From Alphaproteobacteria bacterium (GTDB lineage: Bacteria; Pseudomonadota; Alphaproteobacteria; GCA-2731375): a stretch of 64,000 bases of DNA. Below the pieces are notes generated by a model, which saw only the letters and a program-made list of their open reading frames with translations, ran no database searches and was not told the DNA's origin. Positions 50,238 to 57,846 of the stretch are shown one piece after another; within the stretch, counting starts at the first letter, position 1, and each line of letters starts with the position of its first letter. The position numbers and the translations under genes are program-made. The DNA is taken from NCBI GenBank assembly GCA_021776235.1, contig JAJFGG010000066.1:26904-90903 (forward strand), in the 5' to 3' direction.

Positions 50238-51047
50238 TCAAAAAAAGCCCCTGAAATGATCCACTACAAGAGCAGTATAGTCACATAAATGTTGGGATAT
50301 TTTGAGAACAGGTAGGGGCTCCTGATTTGATTCAACCGCTGCTACAGCTGCACCAGTCCAGTCACCTGAAGCTGCTTCAATGGCACAATTAGTCCGATAC
50401 TCTAGAAGAACGGCCTCTGGTTCTAGAGGCCCAGCCCATACAGTAACATCTGGCGGAACATTCGCTGATGCGTCCTCATCAGAGTAAAATTTTACTGATG
50501 TAGATAATGAAATTCTCTCAGGTGCGACGAGCACAACAGGTGGAATCTGATGTTTATCTGTATTGCTAAATTTCTGAAGTAAAACTAGCGGATCCTGTTC
50601 AGGACAACCCAACACATCAACCTTATTTCGATGATATGGCTGAATCCTCTCGATCATTTCAACCGCTTTCTCAGGAAGCTGATTTAGCCTTGTCCTATCA
50701 AGTTGAGTTTCTTTCTCACATATTGGAAAATGTATTGCCCGTGGGTTCGTCGGAGGGTCAAGCTGAGTTCGCGCCAAGGCAAAGGCCAAGTTATCTAGAC
50801 CACTACGTAAATTATGAACGATTTCTCCAAAACAAAGAGACCAGTCTTGGGGTGTTTCTGGCGAATCGTATCTGTCTAATATTAATTTATAACCCATTCG
50901 CTCATCACGCAATTCGCAACGAGCTTTGATTGGATGTAGTTCATTCCAATTAGAGACCGAGACAGTAAGTTCGGATAACAATTTTGCTGCCCGCTGGAGC
51001 TTAAGCTCTGCAGGTTCAAGAAATTTAAGATGATCACCCTCGTTCAT
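50238..51047 (-). CDS. Low-GC hypothetical protein, HEPN-like
   Basis: HNLRSGLD, IHFPI, IQPY, SNTDKH motifs; AT-rich relative to host. Confidence 0.6.
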   Translation of the reverse strand: MNEGDHLKFLEPAELKLQRAAKLLSELTVSVSNWNELHPIKARCELRDERMGYKLILDRYDSPETPQDWSLCFGEIVHNLRSGLDNLAFALARTQLDPPTNPRAIHFPICEKETQLDRTRLNQLPEKAVEMIERIQPYHRNKVDVLGCPEQDPLVLLQKFSNTDKHQIPPVVLVAPERISLSTSVKFYSDEDASANVPPDVTVWAGPLEPEAVLLEYRTNCAIEAASGDWTGAAVAAVESNQEPLPVLKISQHLCDYTALVVDHFRGFF

Positions 51048-51840
51048 TGCAACAGCACCATAAATTTTTTACGAGTATTAGTAACAATATTTTTCATAGA
51101 AATTCGCAGAACTAGGGTCAAGATGCGCCCAGAACAAACTGCGAATCCTACAAGAAATTGCACCCGTACGGAGCTGGAAAACCTGACCCACTCAGACGGA
51201 ATAAAAGCGAACAAAAAGAGGGGCCAGGCAAACCCTGACCCCCCGATCCGTTTTTGCTCTTCAGGCTAACAATTGAACGACCACATAGGCTATTGCCCAA
51301 GCGATCGCGGCCATGTTGACCCGAACAACGATCTGAACAGTCATGATATTTCACGACCCTTCTGATCCACGGCGCCGCGAACCATAAGGTTGCGGGAAAC
51401 GCGCCCTGATCAACGGATAAGCCGCCGTTACAGGGATGATCGGCCCGCCATCCATTTTGGCCAAACAAGATGACGATCCCCGCTAGTTCAGCGGCAGTGC
51501 GGACCCATAAAGGGCTGCCCGTATACTGCGGCAACGGGGCTGCGGTTATCCGGTTAGGGAACGATCCACGGAACTAACGTGGGAACCCGCCGGGCCGCGC
51601 ATTCTCTCATGATCCGCTGGTTAACGAATCACGGGGAAGGCAGAGTAACATAAAATCGATATTCGAACGAATCGATCGGCGCCCACCAAACTACACGTGC
51701 TAAAGGCGGAGCCCCCTGCCATCCTATTTTCCCGCCAGACGCCCAACCAGGCCGTCCAGGCCCTCGACAAGCGCAAGCCGCCCAGGGCAATGATCACTTT
51801 CGCCGCATCGGGCCCCCGCACTCTGCCGCCAAAGGGGAAA

Positions 51841-52284
51841 TCAACCCAGCCACAACGCCCGCTCCTCCGCCCGCCGCCGTACCAAGCCACGCAGGATACG
51901 CCCACCCGCCCGGCGCCACCTGAGGAACTCGTCCGCCGCACCGGCCATATCGCCGCGGTTGGCCTTCATGCGCAGGGTTGAAGACTGCAGGTTGCCGCTG
52001 CCCAAGTTGTAGGTAAACGACACCAGGGCGGAGAACTGGCCCCCTGACAACGGCACACGGATCAGCCGCCGCACGGCCCGTTCGGTATGTTGCAGCATCC
52101 GCGCCAGCAGGATCTCACCATCGCCTTCGCTGATATCCGGATGCGCCATGGTCAGCCGGGCCCGATCCAGGCCCCAGATCGAGCCATAGCCGATAGTGGG
52201 GATACCTATGGGGTCCAGGTACGGCACAGGCGAGAAGCCTTCGAAATGCTTGATGATCTCCAGGCCGGCGGCGTTGGTCTTCAT
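51841..52284 (-). CDS. Phage endolysin, GH24 lysozyme
   Basis: FEG..PYLD..IPTIGYG (E-8x-D-5x-T triad), ALVSFTYNLG, GLVRRRAEE. Confidence 0.92.
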   Translation of the reverse strand: MKTNAAGLEIIKHFEGFSPVPYLDPIGIPTIGYGSIWGLDRARLTMAHPDISEGDGEILLARMLQHTERAVRRLIRVPLSGGQFSALVSFTYNLGSGNLQSSTLRMKANRGDMAGAADEFLRWRRAGGRILRGLVRRRAEERALWLG

Positions 52285-52733
52285 TTCGGGTAGAACGTCT
52301 TCATGGCCCGGTGGCCAAACCAGAACGACAGGATGGCCGCAAACAGGGCCCGGGTTTCCTCGTCCCAGACCTGGGTCAGCGTTTCCAGGCTGACACCATC
52401 CGAGCCGAAGATCAGATACATAGCGGCGGATTTGATGAAAACGAACTCCAGCACCATGATGTAGGTCACCACCGGGCGCACGGATCCGCGCAGGGCATCG
52501 ACCCAGGCGATACCGGCCTTGCGGTCGTGGCGGTGCAGGCTTTCTGTCTCGCGGATATCGGCATCGATGTTGATTTCCTCCAGGCGCTGGGTATGGGCCT
52601 GGGTCTGCGCCTGCATCTGCAGATCCATCACTTTCAGTTCGTGCGCCTTGTCCTGGCGGTCCTGGAAATAATCCATCACCTTGGGCAGGAACGACGTGCC
52701 GAAGCCCAACAGGGAACCGAGTAGAGAGAGCAT
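52281..52733 (-). CDS. Holin-like protein (3TM holin family)
   Basis: LLGFGTSFLP, DKAHEL, SVRPVVTY, SFWFGHR; overlaps the endolysin start. Confidence 0.75.
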   Translation of the reverse strand: MLSLLGSLLGFGTSFLPKVMDYFQDRQDKAHELKVMDLQMQAQTQAHTQRLEEINIDADIRETESLHRHDRKAGIAWVDALRGSVRPVVTYIMVLEFVFIKSAAMYLIFGSDGVSLETLTQVWDEETRALFAAILSFWFGHRAMKTFYPK

Positions 52734-52747
52734 GCTGTTACCTCATG

Positions 52748-52772
52748 AAAAAAAGCCGCCTCGGTGGGCGGC
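52748..52772 (-). terminator. Intrinsic terminator immediately upstream of the holin gene
   Basis: GCCGCC-CACCGA-GGCGGC followed by T7 on the minus strand. Confidence 0.65.
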
Positions 52773-53081
52773 TTGCGTTGGTTGCGGTGTATTCGTTAGA
52801 AAACTGCCGTTTAGGCGCTGCCGCGGCAGGAGTGGAATTATTCCAACGATACGGACCACCCCAGCAAAACCAATAAACGGAGGCGCGGGCGAAAACTCAC
52901 AACAGACTGCTGTGTCCAGAATGGACAATGGAACCGCTGTTGAGTAAAATTGGGCTTGATCTCTAAGCGTACATTCATAAAGCAATATGAAAGAGACTAT
53001 TTTGCATAGGAATTGTATCTCGAAAAGTACAAATATTTGGAAGCGTACAACTGAAGTAAGGTATTTCTTGGTATTTCGGAT

Positions 53082-53372
53082 ATGAATAGGTCAATAATTG
53101 AATATTTAGCACCGTGGGTTGGACATATTTTATTGTTCGTTTCAATTTCTCTTTTTTTATTGGCATTCGTATACCATTTCAGGCTTAGGTGGGCAATTGA
53201 AAATAGAATACACGGAAAATTTTTTACAAAACAATTTTATGTTAGGACAAGGCTTCTAAATCCTATCGAAAGAAGGTATAGACGTTTATCGAATTTGTTT
53301 GGTTTTATTTCTTTTATTATTTTTGCTTTCCATATTGAGTATTTAAAGAGACATAAAGAGTTGTCTTTTTGA
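53082..53372 (+). CDS. Very AT-rich 2-TM membrane protein (moron)
   Basis: Two hydrophobic segments; opposite orientation to the phage late genes. Confidence 0.55.
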   Translation: MNRSIIEYLAPWVGHILLFVSISLFLLAFVYHFRLRWAIENRIHGKFFTKQFYVRTRLLNPIERRYRRLSNLFGFISFIIFAFHIEYLKRHKELSF

Positions 53373-53473
53373 TCGTTAGAAATTCTCTGTCGCTCTGATC
53401 CCAATTGCCGCCGGAAGGATTGTCGCAAAATATCACCAAATTCGGGAACCGCGGCTACGCGGACGACCTACCT

Positions 53474-53851
53474 CTATCCAAAATGCAATAGCATCATAGA
53501 TAAAAAATTTGAATACCAAGCAAAAACGATGCCAGAAAAAGACACAAGCGCAGCAGGACCTTGCGTCTCTTTCAGTTGGCCAACAAGGTAAATGAAAGCA
53601 CCGATTTGGATCGCCATAACTGCAAGAAATATCCCGGCGCTTACAGACTGGGAGACTTGTCCCGAAAGAGAATTAGCTACCTCAAACAGCCCCAAACTCA
53701 ATAAAAGCGGCATCAACAACCACAAGAACCCGACTTGTCGCCGCCATATCCCGATAACCAGTCCTATGATCAGACAAATCGCCGCGGCAACCAGCAAAAT
53801 GAAGCTACCAAGATAGCTAAAAATGCCAATGAGCTCAAAAATAGCCAACAA
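53474..53851 (-). CDS. 4-TM membrane protein (moron; start uncertain)
   Basis: Four hydrophobic helices, lower GC; TTG start assumed. Confidence 0.55.
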   Translation of the reverse strand: MLAIFELIGIFSYLGSFILLVAAAICLIIGLVIGIWRRQVGFLWLLMPLLLSLGLFEVANSLSGQVSQSVSAGIFLAVMAIQIGAFIYLVGQLKETQGPAALVSFSGIVFAWYSNFLSMMLLHFG

Positions 53852-53999
53852 TTCCCCAACTTTGATTACAACACATAGCAACTTTGGCGCATTCGAATTA
53901 TTCCGGTTAGGAGGGCTGAGCCAATGCCATCGCTTCAGGCTATCGCCCAACCAGCCTGCACGCAACCTGGCGGCGACTATGCGGGACAATACGGCTCCC

Positions 54000-54266
54000 T
54001 CAGGCGCCAGGCTTCAGCGCATCCCAGACCAAGGCCGCCACCAAAACCAACGTGCCGGTCAGGACGGTCAGCACCGCCTTGCGCCCGGCGGCATCGGCTA
54101 ACTTGCGCCAGCGCCTCGCATGCACCAGATCGGCGCGGAACTCGTTGACCTGGGCCTGGTCTTCAATATCCACACCAAGCAAGCGCCAGGTGTCCCGCAT
54201 GACGCTGTGGGCCGCGGCAACGCCCGCCTCCTGGGCAATGGCCTGGATTTCGTCCCGGTCTCTCAT
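54000..54266 (-). CDS. Phage small protein with C-terminal TM
   Basis: LLGVDI.D...EFRADL plus C-terminal hydrophobic helix; coupled to the upstream gene. Confidence 0.65.
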   Translation of the reverse strand: MRDRDEIQAIAQEAGVAAAHSVMRDTWRLLGVDIEDQAQVNEFRADLVHARRWRKLADAAGRKAVLTVLTGTLVLVAALVWDALKPGA

Positions 54267-54568
54267 GTGGTGGGCCCCTCTGTTATCCGTTCAAGGTATT
54301 CCCAGGCCTGGCCGGCGGTGACCATGCAGGAGATGCCGTTGGGGTGAGTGACGATGATGGTCCAGGTGCCCTTGGCCGAGGTCAGGACCTCCAGCACCCG
54401 GCCGGTCGCCGTTACGCCCATGGCGCTGGGGGCCTCGCCGTGGCTGCGACCTAGATGGGCCAGGAATTTCCCGCGCTCGCCACAGACCGCGGCGGGGGAT
54501 ACCTGGGCCTGGGCTAGATTGGGCATAAAAAAAGCCGCCAGGGCGGCGGCCAGCAGGGGATATCGCAT
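54263..54568 (-). CDS. Small secreted phage protein with two Cys
   Basis: Signal peptide; CGER...GE.P...GTWTI...PNG.SC...G.AW. Confidence 0.65.
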   Translation of the reverse strand: MRYPLLAAALAAFFMPNLAQAQVSPAAVCGERGKFLAHLGRSHGEAPSAMGVTATGRVLEVLTSAKGTWTIIVTHPNGISCMVTAGQAWEYLERITEGPTT

Positions 54569-54574
54569 TTCGTC

Positions 54575-55009
54575 CTACTCCGGCTTGGGGATGCGGGCCT
54601 TGATCGCCAGCACCTTGCCCAATAGATCGTCCATCTCCTGGATCAGCGGTGTGCCGTCCAGGCGCAACTGGTTGTACTGCTTCAGGATGACATCCAGGCA
54701 GTCACCGATCGCGTTCATCTGGCCCGGTTCCCGGCCCAGGGCGGCGGCGTAGGCGGCGGCGCGCCGTTGCCGGTAGCTGGGCTCGTTGGCCGCCTGCCGG
54801 GCCGCCTCCGCCGCCGCATACGCCGCCCTGGTCATGTATCCGGGCCCGGCGCTCGCGGCCCGATAGGCCGCTGCATGGCGGCCGATCTTGGCCGCCAGGG
54901 CGGCTTCCGGATCGCCCCTGAAGCTGGCCTGGCAATGGCGCCACCAGGCGGCCGGGTCCACAACCGCATGGGCCAGGACCGCCGTTTCGTTTTGGCTCAA
55001 TTCCCGCAT
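54575..55009 (-). CDS. Tail fibre assembly/chaperone-like protein
   Basis: Directly after the fibre; Y..RR..AY...IGD.LD...IKARIPKP ending. Confidence 0.55.
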   Translation of the reverse strand: MRELSQNETAVLAHAVVDPAAWWRHCQASFRGDPEAALAAKIGRHAAAYRAASAGPGYMTRAAYAAAEAARQAANEPSYRQRRAAAYAAALGREPGQMNAIGDCLDVILKQYNQLRLDGTPLIQEMDDLLGKVLAIKARIPKPE

Positions 55010-55021
55010 CTTGTCTGCCTC

Positions 55022-56074
55022 CTATGCCGCCAGCAGCAAGCCGCCGAACTGGCTTGACGTGGTCGCCGGTAAATCAACGATGGCCGTGCCGCCGTTTATG
55101 CTCAAATTGACCTTCGCAGTATCGGCGGCGTCCATGTAGGTGATGGCGGTGACTTCCAGTTCCAGGCGCTCGTCACCCGTGTTGGTTTCCCGTATGGCAC
55201 CGGGGTTGACCTGGCGGTTGTAGTTATAGCTCGGTGTCTGGATGCCCATCACCAGCGCGGTATGGGCACCGGCAACATCCACCATGTAAAGTTTTGTCCA
55301 GAGCAGGTAAAAGCCCGGCACCGGCGCCGTGAAGCTGGTGCCGTCGAAATTGCCGCCCTGGTCTTTTATGGTCGTGCCGAATGTCACGTCGGCCGAGCCG
55401 CCGGCGCCAAAGGTATTGTCCTGGGCCACTGATTTATGGGCCATGAAGGCCGGCTGGCCCGGCACCGACAGGCGCCCGGCGCCGTCAACGCTCAATTGCT
55501 CCTGGTTGGCAATGCCCAGGGTAGCGAGTGCGGCTGTTATGGTGGCATCGCCCAGCAGGGTCTGCATCAGGGTCGTGGGTACGATGCCGGCCACGATGGC
55601 CGCCGCCGCATAGGTGGCCAGGGCCGTGCCGGCGGCGTCAAAGCCGATCAGTTGCCCAGCCGCCGGCGTCACCTCCAGCCCGGTCAGCGAGGAGCTGACC
55701 GGCACCCGCAGCGAGCGCGCGTCCACCTCGTCCAGCTGCTGGTCGATCATCCGGGATTTGTCGATCATGCTTTCCAGGGTGTCGGTGTTCAGGGCCCCGG
55801 CGGTGGGCAGGTCGTCCGGCTGGCTCAGGGGCACGGCCCGTTTCAGGGTCACGGTCAGGGCAGGGGCGCCGCTGCCCCGGGGCGCCGTGCTATAGCTCAC
55901 ATTGCCGCCCGAATCCGAACCGACGCCCGAGACGGCAAAGCCCGAGGTAATCTCCGTATCGCCCTCGAAGACCTGCAAATGCGAGGCATCCAATATCTTG
56001 AAGGTATAGGGAAACACAGTCTGCAGTTCCGCCGCCGCATAGCGGTCAACGGCGGCCGATGCCGATAGGGTCAT
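55022..56074 (-). CDS. Tail fibre/adaptor protein with C1q-like C-terminal domain
   Basis: T7 gp17-like N-terminus (FPYTFKI, VTLKR, LE..IDK..MI.QQL); C1q-like PAFMA..., FTAPVPGFYL, FGGLLL; AAGGAG RBS. Confidence 0.75.
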   Translation of the reverse strand: MTLSASAAVDRYAAAELQTVFPYTFKILDASHLQVFEGDTEITSGFAVSGVGSDSGGNVSYSTAPRGSGAPALTVTLKRAVPLSQPDDLPTAGALNTDTLESMIDKSRMIDQQLDEVDARSLRVPVSSSLTGLEVTPAAGQLIGFDAAGTALATYAAAAIVAGIVPTTLMQTLLGDATITAALATLGIANQEQLSVDGAGRLSVPGQPAFMAHKSVAQDNTFGAGGSADVTFGTTIKDQGGNFDGTSFTAPVPGFYLLWTKLYMVDVAGAHTALVMGIQTPSYNYNRQVNPGAIRETNTGDERLELEVTAITYMDAADTAKVNLSINGGTAIVDLPATTSSQFGGLLLAA

Positions 56075-56185
56075 GGCCTCTCCTTTCCATTGTCGTGCCA
56101 AGCCATGCTGGAAGGGCCCAATCGAAAGGACCCCGGAGCACCGTCAGCAACTCTCGCGCATTGCGCCACCGGATGGCCGGGGTGA

Positions 56186-57508
56186 TCACTCATCTTTGCC
56201 GTCTTCCGGTGGCTGGTCTTCTTTGCCGTCTGCCTCGTCTTGCTTTTGCTTTAGCTCGTTCAAACGATCCTGCAATGCATTCATGGCATCGCGGCAGACC
56301 TCCCGGACATCGCGGGCGTATTCCTCCCTGTCGTCGCCCTTCTTCAATTTTCGCACGGCTGCCACGAAGTCTTTCCCGGTATTGCGGATCAGCCGCGCCA
56401 GACTGAAACGTTCCCATGCTTTCCAATCGCCACGCAGGTTTCTGGCGGCCGAGTTGATATGGGCGGCGAAGTCAACACCGTTGTATCTGCCGCCAAGGGA
56501 AGTATCGGGACGGCTGGAGTTTAACCGCGGATTTTGAGCGTCCGGGCCTGGCTTATACAGTTCCGGCATCTTTATCTCGCCTTTGCCATTGAGAGTCGCG
56601 CCGCCGATGTGGTTGACCAGGTCGATCAGGTCCGGGAACTCGGTGTTGAGAACATCAAGGCATTGCTGAATGATGATATCGTTGCCTTCCTGGGTCCATT
56701 TGTTGCCGCGGCTATGCAGCGGTTTCGTCCAGATTTTGATCAGGTCGTCGGCCACCAATTGGTATGGTTGGTGGCTGTCTGCGTCCGCCTTGCCTGCCGC
56801 GCCCGGAACAGCTTTTCCGGGCGGGATCGGCGGCCTTGCCGCCGCGCGGCCTCTCTTCGGCTTGCCGCTTCCCAGGTTTCCGCGCAGAAGCTGGGTCGCC
56901 ACTGTTGTGCCGACAAACAGAGTTAGCAAAATCCACGCCTTTTCGGCGCTAATGGCGCCCGCTGCGAGAAGGACCGGCACAAAAGCCAGTTTTCTGTATT
57001 CAGGCGGCGGGCCGTCGGGATCGGTGGGGTCTCCATCAAGGCGAACGGCCAGCACCTGGGCAACTTGTCTGGCCTCGGCGATCTCCTCTTCAGTGCGCTC
57101 CGAACCGATCCCCTCGAACAGTGCGCCGGATCTGGCAAACGCTTCGTAGTATTGCGCCGCCATCCCGCGCTGTTTGCCGTCGCCGCCCGCCTCGCCTGGT
57201 TGCATGGCATTGGCCACGTCCGGCACCGCCGTATTCTCGTCGGTTGACGGTGCGGGTTCCTCGGCGCCTGGCCCCAGGCTTGGCAAGCCACCTTCGTCCG
57301 GCCGTACTGGGTCTTCCGGCATCTCGAGCGGCGCCGCCTCGTTAGGCGTTGCCTCGGCGGACCGCTCCCGCAGCTCCAGGCCTTCGGCTTCCGCGTCCGC
57401 GAAACTGATCCGGACGCTGTTGCCGTCCGTACCGATGACCGGGCCGGACCCATCGACCAGCATCAGGCCGCGTTCGTCCGGCGTGTTGCGCCATTCGAGA
57501 GTGTTCAT
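56186..57508 (-). CDS. Alternative C-terminal cassette: internal-virion-like stub, linker, hydrophobic segment, putative nuclease domain
   Basis: AGGAG RBS; WRNTPDERGLMLVDG..PV..G..V.ISF stub; P/E/A-rich linker; HIGG..E..SRPD..HINS..WE domain. Confidence 0.55.
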   Translation of the reverse strand: MNTLEWRNTPDERGLMLVDGSGPVIGTDGNSVRISFADAEAEGLELRERSAEATPNEAAPLEMPEDPVRPDEGGLPSLGPGAEEPAPSTDENTAVPDVANAMQPGEAGGDGKQRGMAAQYYEAFARSGALFEGIGSERTEEEIAEARQVAQVLAVRLDGDPTDPDGPPPEYRKLAFVPVLLAAGAISAEKAWILLTLFVGTTVATQLLRGNLGSGKPKRGRAAARPPIPPGKAVPGAAGKADADSHQPYQLVADDLIKIWTKPLHSRGNKWTQEGNDIIIQQCLDVLNTEFPDLIDLVNHIGGATLNGKGEIKMPELYKPGPDAQNPRLNSSRPDTSLGGRYNGVDFAAHINSAARNLRGDWKAWERFSLARLIRNTGKDFVAAVRKLKKGDDREEYARDVREVCRDAMNALQDRLNELKQKQDEADGKEDQPPEDGKDE

Positions 57509-57532
57509 AGGCATGCTCCTGCCGCGCCACGC

Positions 57533-57550
57533 CGGCGGCATGGGCCTGGA
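57533..57550 (+). repeat. 18-bp direct repeat, copy 1
   Basis: CGGCGGCATGGGCCTGGA, identical to 58737-58754. Confidence 0.8.
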
Positions 57551-57846
57551 AAGTTGCTTCGTTTTTGGCTATATTTTGGTCAGGGACTGGCGGCGTTTTG
57601 GACGTACGGCGAAGGCCCGGGAAATCGGGCATTAACCCCACCGGTCCCACCCTGATTCTTCTTCTTCCAGAGTTCCAGAAGATTTCTCGCTTCTGTTTTG
57701 GCCGTCGGAGCAGGACGCTACAATCTAAGGTCGTGCACCTGGGAAATTTTTTTGCATTGGTATAAGGTGCAATTGGGAAGTGGGATGCGGTGGTTCGCCT
57801 TCTGGCGACAAAAACTGGAAACGGTTCTCTGCAGCCTGCTTCCTAC

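Noticed and set aside
51050..51840. ORFs 51148-51534 and 51621-51941
   Set aside because: No motif or convincing RBS; probably decayed sequence, left unassigned
48175..52284. Diversity-generating retroelement TR/VR pair (two endolysin copies)
   Set aside because: Differences are not restricted to adenines, there is a large internal deletion, and no reverse transcriptase is in the window
52743..52985. 80-aa ORF upstream of the holin
   Set aside because: Runs through a terminator and has no recognisable features
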